Below, in pieces: positions 26,201 through 38,996 of a stretch of 64,000 bases of DNA (positions are counted from its first letter, which is position 1; each line of letters opens with the position of its first letter). A model generated the notes under the pieces. The model was not told the origin of the DNA. It ran no database searches and saw nothing but the letters and a program-made list of their open reading frames with translations. The stretch is from Cenococcum geophilum (lineage: Eukaryota). A program made the translations under genes and the position numbers. The DNA lies in the NCBI GenBank assembly GCA_050273025.1, contig CP158636.1:3224001-3288000 (forward strand), in the 5' to 3' direction.

Positions 26201-28881
26201 AGTAAAGATAATAGTAAGATAGAGAAAGGAGCTAAAGTAGAACACGTAAGAATACTAGGAAACCATCTACCGTAATATAATACTAGTTAGACCAACGCTA
26301 GAGAGGTAAATGGGAGTTAAAGGTATAGAGGCTGACTTAGGCAAGATGAACCTAAGCTATAGCATAGTTAACGCTATAGGGGGTAAATACCTAAGGGCTC
26401 TAAGAAGGCCTAATAAAGGCAGAAAATATAATAGCAACACTCTTAAGAACAGGAATAATAGGACTAAAAGATTGGCTTTACTAGGTAGGTGTCCTAGTAG
26501 GTAGCCTAAGATGCGAATATGGCTGGCTAAGACAGACACTAAAACACGTAATACTGCTATGCCCCCTACGCACTAATTAAGAAATAATGCTCTTAGCAGC
26601 TAGCACAGAGAACTATAATACACTGCTCTTAATATAAAAAGGCCTTAAGGCGGTTACCTAGTGGCTTATTAGTTAAAATATGCTAAATTAGTTCCGGGTT
26701 ATAAGGGAAATAGTAATAGAAGGTAAGGGGGCAAGCAGTAGGTGCCCCCTAGTAACTCTACAGTAGTAGAGTAATAGTTTATAATACTAGCGCGTCCGTA
26801 AGCTTATTACGGCAGCAGTAGTTCCTAAGGAGGTTAAATAGTAAGGTAGTAGAGCACTATAGGCGACTTATAGGCGCTAAGTAGGCGAGTCCTAAAAGGC
26901 GGGGAGATAGATTATGGGGTTTTCTTATTTTTCTTAAATAGAGTTTTCTCCCTATATGTAAATAAGGAGTAGTCCGCGTAGGCCCAATAGGGATCCGAAT
27001 CAGACGTTAAGCAATGAATTATTATTATTATTATTATTTATATACTTAGTAGGCTAGCTTTCTACCTTTTATACTACTAAGATCTTAGTAATAAGCTATT
27101 CCTAGACTTTAGTAAGCGGTTAATATAGTATAATATTTACCTAATTAAGAGCAGCGCTAGGGACTATAAGACGGCCTTCTTATATAACTCGCAATAGAAG
27201 TAGGTTACTAAGGCGTTTTAGGCCATTAGCGTCTTCTTATAAAAGAAGACCTATATTAGGCAAAGCGCTAGCGCTAAAATAGCGGAGCTAAAAGGGGTTA
27301 GTAAGGACTAGATTAAACGCGCTAATAGGTAAAACTAAAAGCAGATAGTTAGCTACTATTTAAACTCGCTACTATAGAAGTTTATACAGATAATAGCTAG
27401 CTATTTACCGTAGATAGGCTGCTTTAAGATTTATAGGGCAAGCGTCGCCCCCTCTAATATACTACTGTTGATAATCTAGCTAGAGCTAAACGTTTAAAAG
27501 AGTTAGTTTGGCCCTTAGGTTAGCTAGGTTAATAACCTTATAGCTATAGGCGCTATAAACCTCCTATTTTACCTTTAGGAGGTTATTCTATAGGATTTAG
27601 TAGTCCTTTATAAGATATTCCTAAGCAGCCCTATATAGAACTACTTAGTCTTCTAGTATAAGGCCTATTTACCCTTTACGCAGAAGGTTAAAGCCTACCT
27701 ATAATAAGAGGAAAAAGGCCCTAGCTAGCTATTAATACTCTACTAAGCTATGCTAGCTATTATAAATTACCTAAAGACTATAGACGCCTAAGCACGTAAG
27801 CTATAGGTATTATTTAACCGTATAGCTAAGTCCTAGTAGGCGTAGTCTTTATAACTTTAATTGCTTATATTTAGCAGCCTTACCTTTTAGCTTAAGGTCC
27901 TTTTAGTATTTATATATTTATATTTAACGGCATACCTACTAATAGCATATCTACTAACGGTATGTTTATTAGCGCCTCTATTTATTATAGAATTAAGCTA
28001 GAATATATTGGCCTAAATAAGCGCTATAGCTTCTCCTTTACTAGTGCCGCTATAGCCGTAGTAAGGGCCTAAGCCTAAGTAGCCGCCTAAGTAGCCGCTT
28101 ATATATTATATATGCTATATAGTAAAGTCTATATAAGCCCTTTAGCGCAAGTAGACTAAAGGGCTTAGAGGTAATCCTTTTATAGTAGCGCTAGATTCTA
28201 AATAGGGCAGTAAATAGCGGGCTAGCTAGTAGAATAAACTCTAATAGTACTCTTTATAGCTTAAGGTTATTAAGGAAATTAGGTAGATCGCGTAGGCCTA
28301 AAGGGTTAGTAAAAAAGCGGCTATATAGTAGGTTAATTAATAATAAAAGTAGATATAGTACTTATTAGATTAGCTTTATAAACGGCTTTAAGTAGGTAAA
28401 AAAGCTTTAAAATAGTATATATATTTAACTTTTAAGGAGTCCTTTTAAAGCCTTTATCTATAGCCCCTTAGGGGCTTATTTTAGTGGGGTATTTATATAA
28501 TAGCGGCGCCTAATCTAAAACGCAAATATCTCTATTAATTTATAGCTAATTTTTACCATCTTAGTGCAAGCAAAGAGCCCTTAGATAGCTTTACGTATAC
28601 TACTTAATAGGTATTAAAAGCGTAACGTTGCTATAGCGTTACTAGTAATTAAAGATTAACCATAGATATAGGGTAATATTTATATACCGCTAAGCGTACG
28701 GGCCTCCTATCTACTAAATTATAACTTAGCGGCTAATTTAGCTATATAAATTAAACCGTAGATATACTATTAATATATATAACTAGCTTCCCCCCCCCCC
28801 TTTAGCGAGTTATAGATTTAGTACACGTATCTAATTTTACTTAGTTGCTACTAGCTATATATAGTAATTATAGCAAAGCTG
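20233..28881 (+). mobile_element. Crypton (tyrosine recombinase plus GCR1_C) copy 1, about 3.0 kb net, RIP-inactivated, interrupted by a LINE
   Basis: De-RIPed translation: KNTSLNYKPKQKEF, FADKGRDTLLDGY, RRSAEISDLF..EGPTRC, GKQNQHGR, KKTHIGRSAGAK.AEL.G, and C-terminal MCRAVKSVEALWREW..GL.G.PSI.ALD.KWG.KWR. Ends delimited by alignment to copy 2. Confidence 0.85.
21437..27033 (+). mobile_element. Apparently full-length Tad1-like LINE (ORF1 gag with CCHC knuckles; ORF2 APE endonuclease plus RT), RIP-inactivated
   Basis: TSD TTATTTATATACTTA (21422-21436 / 27034-27048) and (ATT)n tail. Motifs YNCG, IQEP, YRPIALENTLSKIL, GIPQGLPLLPILFLFF and GFV(D)(D). Confidence 0.9.
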
Positions 28882-30792
28882 TATACTTAGCTATAAGAAT
28901 ATTACTTTTAGCGGCCTTCCTTCGCAGTGTCGTAATCTTTATTAAATATTGTAAGGCTTTTACCCATATAATATTGCTAAATTTCATCAACCTCTCTATA
29001 GAGATAGCGTTGTATTTACGTTTTGGTAGGCATAATAGAGGCATAGTTAAGGGGGAGAAAAGAAAGCGTTATCTTTAATTTAGTTCTTCTAGCCAATTAA
29101 GGCAATTCTCTAGGGTAACTAAAAAGGTCCTTACGTGTAGCTATAGCCGTTTACTATAATTATAATATATAGCTAGTAGTAACTAGGCGAAATTAGATAC
29201 GTATACTAAATCTATAACTTATTAAAGGGGGGAGGTAAAGCTAGTTATATATATTAATAGTATATCTATAGTTTAATTTATATAGCTAAATTAGCTACTA
29301 AGTTACGATTTAGTAAATAGAAGGCCTATACGCTTAGCGGTATATAGATATTACCCTATATCTACGGTTAATCTTTAATCGCTAGCAACGCCGTAGTAAC
29401 GTCGCGTTCTTAATACCTGTTAAGTAGTATACGTAGAGCTGTCTAAGGGCTCTTTACTCGCACTAGGATGGCAAAAATTAGCTATAGGTTAATAGAGATA
29501 TTTATATTTTAGATTAGGCGCTACTATTATATAAATACCCTACTAAAATAAGCCCCTAAGGGGCTATAGATAAAGGCTTTAAGAGGACTTCTTAGAAGTT
29601 AGATATATATACTATTTTAAAGCCTTTTTACCTACTTAAAGCCGTTTATAAAGCTAATCTAATAAGTACTATATCTACTTTTATTATTAATTAACCTACT
29701 ATATAGCCGCTTTTTTACTAACCCTTTAGGCCTATACAACCCACCTAATCTTCTTAATAACCTTAAGCTATAAGGAGTACTATTAGAGCTTATTCTACTA
29801 GCTAGCCTATTATTTACTGCCCTATTTAGAATCTAGCGCTATTATAAAAGGATTACCTCTAAGCCCTTTAGTCTATTTGCGCTAAAGGGCCTATATAAAC
29901 TTTACTATATAGTATATATAATATATAGGCGGCTATTTAGGCGGCTGCTTAGGCTTAGGCCCTTACTATAACTATAGCTATAGCTATAGTTACGGCGGCG
30001 CTAGTAAAGGGGAAGCTATAGCGCTTATCCAGGCTAATATATCCTAGCTTAATTCCGTAATAGATAAAAGCACTAGTAAATATACTATTAGTAGATGTGT
30101 TATTAGTAGGTATACTATTAAACGTAAATATATAGATACTAAAGGGACCTTAAGCTAAAAGGTAAGACTACTAAATATAAGCAATTAAAGCTATAAAGAC
30201 TGCGCCTATTAGAACTTAGCTATACGGTTAAATAACGCCTATAGCTTATATACTTAGACGTCTATAGTCTTTAAGCGGTCTATAATAGCTAGCACGGCTT
30301 AATAAAGTATTAATAGCTAGCTAGGGCCTTTTTTCTCCTACTATAGGCAGGCTTCGACCTTCTGCGTAAAGGGTAAATAGGCCTTATACTAAAAGACTAG
30401 GTAGTTCTATATAGGGCTACTTAAAAATATTTTATAAAGGACTATTAAGTCTTATAGGATAACATTCTGGAGGTAAAATAGAAGGTTTATAGCGCCTATA
30501 GCCGTAAGGTTATTAACCTAGCCAACCTAAAGGCTAAACTAACCCTTTTAAACGTTTAGCTCTAGCTAGATTATCAATAATAGTATATTAGGGGGGGCGA
30601 CGCTTACCCTATAAATCTTAAAGCAGCCTATCTACGGTAAATAGCCGGCTATTATCTATATAAACTCCTATAGTAGTAAGTTTAAATAGCAACTAACTAT
30701 CTGCTCCTAATTTTATATACTAGCGCGTTTAATCTAGTCCTCGCTAACCCCTTTTAGCTCCGCTATTTTAGCGCTAGCGCTTCGCCTAATAT

Positions 30793-33700
30793 TATCAGAT
30801 AATCTGTATTCTCTCGAGGCGTAGTCCGTACACGAGTCACGTGCACGTGCATTGTAAATCTCTTCAGGGCCCTAGGGGCCCCCTACATCAGGACAAACGA
30901 TTAAGTCAAGATCATTAATTAATCAACCCATTTTATTAATAAACAGCTTAATACGAGCTTCGTAACAGTTATAAGCCCGGTCCGCCGACTTAAGAAGCTA
31001 TTCAGCTATTACTCAATCATTTAAAGAAATTCTACCTTATCGTTAGACTCTAATACCTCATCATTAAGACGCAGACTCTAACAGAAATCCTACCTTAATT
31101 GTCACAGGACGAGATTCCACGAGATTCCACGAGATTCTACGAGATTCGACCTTATCGTCACAGGACGATCCTAATGAGAGATTCGACCTTATCGTCAAAG
31201 GACGATCCTAATAAGAGATTTAACCTTATTATTAAAGGACGATCCTGACACGGGATTCCTTAAGATTCTATAAGATTCCACCTTAATTATCCTAGGACAA
31301 TCCCAACGATAAGGACGATCCTAATAATAAGGACGATCCTAACAACAAAATACCATCTTAATTCCTCCTTTACCTATTAGTTAAATAACTCTACTAACGT
31401 TAAGTTTATTAACGACGATCATCCTTAATAAGCTAGAAGACTAGGAGTAATAGCTATAGCAACTACAAGCCCTTACGGATTAGCAAATTTAGGCCTACGT
31501 TAACCTAAATAATATAGTACCTTAATAAGGTCTACTTTAAGAACTAGCCTATCTAAAAGTTATAAATTTTAATAAGGACGCAACCTTATATATATAGCTC
31601 TTAACGAATTAATAGAAAGCGTATAAGAATAGTAGACGATACTATAACTAGGATATAAAGTATTTCCTAAGATAGAAAGATTATCTTTAATAGATCCGCA
31701 CCTAGATTACGTCCACAGTATTAATTTAGAAGAAGCTACTACTTAACCCTTCCTTAATAGTTAAAGAATAGCTATCTCAGCTAAAGAAGAATACAGAACC
31801 TACCTTATTATTTATTAGAAAGAAGGTATAATACCAGTATATAGAAGCCCTTAAGGGGTTTAAATAGTTATCAAAATTAAACTAATGGCTAGATCAATAA
31901 GAACACGCAATATCCCTAAGAGAGAAGTATAAGATCCCTTAAATGTCCAATAGAATCTAGCTTTAAGATTTAGCAGAAGTTATTTAACCGTTTAGCAACG
32001 CCTACTATATAAAGTACACTACCGAGTTAAATAACCCTTAAAAGTTAAGATCTTTTAAATACTATAGAGTAGTAAAGGAGCTACAAGAAGGACTTATAAG
32101 ACCTTTAAAGAAAGCCAATACTACTATAAGGGGGAGTACCTTTAATACAGACTTTATAGAGTAAGCTATTAAGGATCACTCTAATACTACTAAAGGTTTA
32201 TAAAGAGGAAGAGCCTTAGCATATAATAGACGCTTAAAGAGAGCCGGGATATTAGTAAATAAGGAGATATCCTATAAGAAGCCAACGCCTAAGTACTTAG
32301 CGTGCGGAATACGAGGTTACTCCCTTAAGAACTATTAGTGTTTATTTAAAGATAAAAGACCTACAGAAGTTATAATAGAAGATACTCGCATTAAAAGGGC
32401 ACTAAAGAAGGTAGAAAAGAATAAGAATCTTACTAACTAAGTTATAAAGATTAGACTTAAAGAACAAGAAGACGAGGCTTAATAATAATAGGATAAGAGC
32501 TAGGAGATAGTTAAGATTAAGGGAGAAGCTAATACAATATTCCTAGAATTGCATCACGCCGGTTAACTCCATCCACTAAAGCTATTAACTATTCTTAACT
32601 TAGGAACCACTCTCCACATCTTTAATAACCTCTCTCATTTCTATAACTTTAGGAAAGCTTTAAGATATAAATACGTCATTGTCAGCAGCTCAAAAGTGCC
32701 TATACTAGGCTACGGTAATATCACCGTCTAAGTTACAAAACTAGATAAGAGTAAGGGAAACCTACGTCTTAAGGACGTTGCCTTTTATACGGACTTTAAT
32801 ATTGTTAGAATTACGGTAGGGGGGTTTTTTTGGTTCAATTGTATTCGTCTCCCCTTTCTTCTACTTCTATAGGTGGAATTTAATAGACCTCCTAAGCTCG
32901 CTTAGCTCACGTGATTAACCTAATTGGTTACAAGCAACCGTATCCACTGTATCGTAAAACCTTATTTAGATACTGGCAACAACTAGGAAATAAGAAAAGT
33001 GGTAAATAAGTCCATAGTCTCTATTCCTATTCCCTTGCAAATTCGGTCTAAAATACCTCTGCCTTAAGGTTATCGTGATAACTAGAATAGGGTTCTATAT
33101 TGAGGTAGAAGTTAGAGGCTCCCTAATCCTTAGTATTGCCATTACTGCCCTTAAAATCGGAGATATATTAACGTATTCTCCGGTCCCTTTTATCCTTTAT
33201 ATAGTTTATAGACCAACATCCAGATCTGCTACATATAAAGCACTTTTTACCCTTATTACGGTGGTTAGAGGAGCGGTATTATTGGTTAGAGGGGTAGTAT
33301 TATTAGTTGGTATAGAATAATTTAGTCTCTTATTCTTGTTTACCGTACGTCGTAATTAAGGATTTAATATCGCTAATAAGGCCAGTAAGGGTAGTAGCGG
33401 GTTAAAAGTAGGCTGGTTTGCAAGCTAATACGTCTTAGCACGTAGTAAGGAGCTTATTATAGAATGTTGTGTTATTTTAAAGGTCCTTTGCTAACCCGCG
33501 TTGTAGTTGCCACATCTCGTTAATTAATACCTAAAATGCTTGGCCTATATTAAGTCCTTTTTAAGCAGTAACTTATTTAAGCGTAATTGCATTCCATTTT
33601 AATAGGATATCGCGTTTATATTCGTTACCTTTGAAGTATAATTTAAGGCCTATGCATACATTCTTGAGAAGGTTAAGATCTTTAAGGTAGGTAAAGTAGT

Positions 33701-36700
33701 ATTTAAGAGCAAGGCCGCGGAGCATAGTAGGAATAGCAATGATGTACGCTTACTTAGGGACGCTGGCTTAGAGGCAGTAGTTTTAGAAGATCTTAAACTT
33801 AAAATCAAAGTTATCTTATTCGCTAGAGTATTTGACTTCGTCCGTATAGAGCTTAGCTAAGTTAGTAATCTCTCTTCCGAAACTTCCTTGTAGGGCGAGC
33901 TGGTCTATAGCTGGGGTAGTTTAAATAGGAGCAGTCGATAGTAGAGGTGGGGTAGGGTCGTCGGTAGAGTCGTCGGTAGGGTCGTCGGTAGGGTCGTCGG
34001 TAGGGTCGTCAACAGGGTCGTCGGTAGGCCATTTTAAGGGAGTTGGTTCATGAATAGCTCCTAAGAGGCCATCTACAATTAACTTCCTTGCCTCCTTCCG
34101 TACGTATACTCTATTTTTACAGAGGTAATCCCTGATCTTCTTTAATTGATCCTTGCCAAGATTATTAAGTATATCCCTCGTAAACGACTCAAAATCGTTA
34201 ATAAAGCTCTCCTATAGGTCGAATCCCTTCCATCCATTCTCCTTATATATCGATAATCGCCAATTAACGAATGCTTCAACTTCCTTGATATCAGTTGCGG
34301 TCGCGTTAATTCCGGTCTTCCATTTTTTAGTCTCCTATTTTTTAGTATTTAACGCGGAGGTAGCCATCGCGGAGGTAGCTATTGCGGCAGTATTTATTGC
34401 GGAGGTAGCCATCTTTTGGTTCCGTAGTTAATTTAACAGTTAGACTAGAAGCGTGGATACACCCATAAACTAGTTACTCTAAAGGCGTAATGGACGCAGG
34501 TTAGAAGCGCGAGTAACCTTATAAACTGGCCTTTAGGCTTAGCAAGCAATACCTTAATTCTTAGCCTTCGACAAGAGGTCTAGAAAATCAGATAGTGCCT
34601 CTCTTCGTTATACCTTGCTGATCTGTGCAGCACTAATCAGTGTTGGAATCACGGTGGGGGGGTTTTTTTGGTTCAATTGTATTCGTCTCCCCTTTCTTCT
34701 ACTTCTATAGGTGGAATTTAATAGACCTCCTAAGCTCGCTTAGCTTACGTGATTAACCTAATTAGTTACAAGCAACCGTATCCACTGTATCGTAAAACCT
34801 TATTCAGACAAATATAAATCTAGTGTTGTTTTATCTACTTTAAAAATAAGGGTACTACTAGGACAATAAAGGAGATAATAATCTTCTAGTTTAAAAGGAT
34901 AATACAATCCTATATTAAATGGAAGAACGTTACGGATAATAGACTATTAAATACGTCTAATTAGGAAACTTAAAATCCGTATTTAATATCAGCTGTCTAA
35001 CGCACTATTAACAGAAGCGGATATTGTTAAGAGACATTCGTCTAAATTTAAAAGGTAATATATACCTATAGCATTTACGTTTAGGTTATCCAGGACCTAT
35101 AAGCCTTTACTATTTAGGTCTTAACGCCTTAGGAGTTAAGCTTTAAGGCCCAAAGACAACAGAATATTAATATTACAGTCTTGCTAAAATTAAGCATTAA
35201 GTCTTAAAAAGGTTCTTAAAACAGAAAATTAATAAACCCTATCTTAACCTCTATATTAACTAGACTAACCTTAAGGAAGCGTATACTAGATTTATATAAG
35301 TTATACTTATCCATAACACCTTCTTAAGAAGATCCTTCCCGTATTTTATAACAATACACAGCGAGGAGAAAGAGATACTATAAGTACTTAAAGATTTTAT
35401 CTAATGGATTTATCTAAGGTATAACCTTAAAGTTAACACTATTAGATTAAACAACGAGCTAGGGAGAAGAAGAACCCTTAAATAGCTACGGACGTAAGGG
35501 ATTATATTTAAGCCTTTAGCGCCACATACCTAAGCATAGAATGGTACCGCCAAACGCTTAGAGGGTATAATTATTAAGAGAGCATGTGCAATAAGAATTG
35601 CTGCTAATCTACTATACAACCTATAGAACGAGATAGTTAACTATATAATCTACCTTTAAGATTAAACGCTACGGGAAAGCTTTGGTTGGAAATTACTATA
35701 TAAAAGATTCTATACCTTCCTAGCTAATAGAAGATTAAAAAAGCCGTAACTAGCGCACCTAAAAGCCTACGGCTATAGGGTATATACGATGACGTCGGAC
35801 GCCTAGCTAAAGAAGAAAAGGCTAAGCAAGCTAGATCCGCAAGCCCATATCGGCTACCTTGTTGGCTATAACTCTACCAATATCTATAGGATCTAGATCC
35901 TATATAAAGGTATCGTCATCTCTATAAGGGACGTTATCTTTAATAAAAAGATATTCTTTAACAGTAAGCAAACGGACATCTTAAAGGACCTACACGCTAA
36001 ATTAGATACATTAATTAAGAAGATTTAACTCCCTAATACCCTAACTAAGAATAAGGTTCTTTTAGAAGACAATAAAGAAATATTTAAACCATTAATTTAA
36101 GAGAAAGACGACGACGTTGAAGACGAACTAGTTTAAACCTTTAATAAGTTAGCAGATCTTAACCTAGTAAGAGCTCTTAAAGATATATATTATACGCCAC
36201 CTCTAACAGAAGAAGATAAAGAATCTCCATGCGCCTTTTACGTTAAGTACCCTATAAGGTTAGATATACTAAATTAGAACATTATCTAATAAAAAGGAGA
36301 CGGGTTTAATACTTAGGGGGTATTTAATAACTTAGTTAAAGACTTATTTAAGGAAGCCTGTAATAATAGGTTTAAAGACTTTATTACTAAAAGGATCACT
36401 TTAGCCTATTACGGCGCCTTCTTAGCAGGACGGAAGTTTAATCTTAATAGTTAACTTAATAATAGTAAGCTAAAATCAGGTAGAATATACAATGTCAGAT
36501 TATATAGAAAGAACTTACCTCCGCCACCTTAGTCGATCCGCAACCTTAATACACATCCTCTTTAAGATTAGTTTTAAGAAGCTTAACAAGCCCACCTCCA
36601 ATCTTATTATTAAATAAAGTTGTTTTAAGAAATAGATAAGAAGCACGTAAAGGGATAGTAGGTTCTTAGCTTAATATAGGTGTTCGTCTATAAGACAGAT

Positions 36701-38520
36701 AAGTATAGGTTTCTCTAGAAATGCAAGGCACGCTTAGTAGTCTGCGGAAATTAATAGGCCCTAGGAGACCTACCTACGAGAGCTACTATATTAGCTAGTA
36801 CAACCTTCCGAACCCTTATAGCGATCACTATAAAATTTAACCTAGAGACGACATAGATAGATACAGTCAATGCGTTTATCTATTGCGATCTTAACGAGGT
36901 TGTCTATATAAAGCTACTACTAGGGTTTAATAAAAGAAAAACAGATAAAATACTGCGCTTAAGAAAAGCCCTATACAGACTACAACGATCACTACTATTA
37001 TAGTAGAAGAACCTCACGAGCTTATTAAACAAATTGGGTTTTAAAGAGGTACCTTAGAAGCCGTATATTATGCTAAAAGGTAGAATAGTTATCTTCTTCT
37101 ACGTTGACAATATTGTCTTCTGCTACCAAAAGATAGATAAGAAGAAAGCTTAAGAAGAAATTAAGGAGCTAAGCAAGGAATACTAGATAAGTACCCTTAA
37201 CGAGCTAAAATGGTTCCTAGGAATCTACGTGCTACGCAATTATAGCTAGAGGCTCCTATAGCTATCCTAAGAAGCCTATATTAAGAAGATAGCTAACTAG
37301 TATAAGATAAATCTCAGAGGGCGTCTTCCAGACACTTCTATGGCAGAATTGGAACTCCTCCCTACTAATCACCATATAATCTATCTAACGCGTCCGTCCC
37401 CTAATATAGACCTATTAGTCCGTCCTATATCCCTACCAGCCTCTATAATACTATATTAGAGAAAATTAGGTTTAGTACTTTATATAGCTACTATAACGCG
37501 TCCAGATATTGCCTTCGCAGTATTACGGCTGGTAAGGTTTAATTAGAACCCAAGCTAAGAGCATTATTAAGCAGTAGATAAAGTTATCTAATACCTATAT
37601 AGCACGAGAAGCAGAGTAATCTACTATAGAGGAGATAAGGAAGGAATGAACGGTAGAGGGAGAGATAAAGGAATACGTGACAAAGGATAAGACGACGGAA
37701 GAGACGGTGCGCAATTATTTATCTATGCTAGCGACACATTATTCGCAGACAACTCCGTTAATAGAAAGAGCTTATAAGAATATATTATAAAGCTATTTAG
37801 GGGGCTAATCGCCTAGAGAGTAAATAAGTAGGGTATGGTTATAATATTAAGCACAGAAGCTAAGTTGTTAGCCCTATTACAGACAGTAAAAAAAGCTATC
37901 TTTATTAGCAGGCTATTTAAAGTAATAACGTTACGCCTAAATAAGCCCTTGATTATTAAATGCGATAATACGTAGACGCTTTAACTAATTATAGAAGATA
38001 CGGTAAAGCTAATCACGAAGCTCCAATACGTTAACATCTATTAATACTAGCTACGTTAGGAATACGTAATAAGATAAGTACGATTTTAATAAACAGTGAT
38101 GAAGGAGATGATTGCCGATGGACTTATAAAGGCCCTACCTAAGCAGAGGTTTTAAAGCTTCGTTAATATAGTTAGAATAGTAAATATTAAGGAGCAGCTA
38201 AATAAGGAGAAGCAACTAGAGGACCTAAGGGAGAAGATTAGAGCAAGACGGAAGGATTTAGATAAGATTACGGCTTAATTAACTTATTAACGGACACGAG
38301 AAGGTGGTTAGCTTTGACCTCAAAGAGCTCGAAGCTAAGGGGGTATATTAGATAATCTATATTCTCTAAAGGCGTAGTCCGTGCATAAGTCACGTACACG
38401 TGCATTGTAAATCTCTTTAGGGCCCCAGGGGCCCCCTATATTAGGACAAACGATTAAGTCAAGATCATCAATCAATTAACCCATTTCATTAATGAACAGC
38501 TTAATACGAGCTTTGTGACA
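30793..38520 (+). mobile_element. Ty1/Copia LTR retrotransposon, RIP-inactivated; 175-bp LTRs at 30793-30967 and 38346-38520
   Basis: 5-bp TSD AATAT; PBS-like GTTATAAGCCC; integrase before RT. RT motifs KCKARLVVCG, LRKALY and FFYVDNI; RNase H motifs STEAKLLAL, CDN and MIADGL.KAL. Confidence 0.92.
32803..34810 (-). mobile_element. Non-autonomous LTR element (170-bp LTRs at 32803-32972 and 34641-34810) with only a gag-like remnant, nested in the Copia
   Basis: TG..CA LTR pair and TSD AATAT. Minus-strand EITNLAKLYTDEVKYS...NFDFKFKIF...PTMLRGLALKYY; no pol motifs seen in the 1.67-kb interior. Confidence 0.8.
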
Positions 38521-38996
38521 AATATAGGTCTTCTTCTATAAGAAGACGCTAACGGCCTAAAACACCTTAGTAACCTACTCCCGCTGCAAGTTATATAAAA
38601 AGGCCGTCTTATAGTCCCTAACGCTGCTCTTAATTAGGCGGATATTATACCATACTAACCGCTTACTAAAGTCTAGAAATAGCTTATTGCTAAAGTCTTA
38701 GTAGTATAAAAGGTAAAAAGCTAGCCCGCTAAGTATATAGATAAGTAGCTTCTTATTATATAGAGCTCTAATAGTTTTAAGGCGGCTATACTAGTTCTGC
38801 TTACTAGCGCGTATAGTAAATATTAGGGGTATATAGCGCGTAAGACCTTCCCCCTTAAACTTAAAGGTAAATAGGTCTAAGATCTCGGCAGAGCACCTAT
38901 TGCCGCTATAGGTAAGTATATAGTAGCCTAGTAGGATATCTATAAGTATACGGAGGTAGTATTTTAGTAAAGAGTCTCTACGGGCCTATAGCTTAT

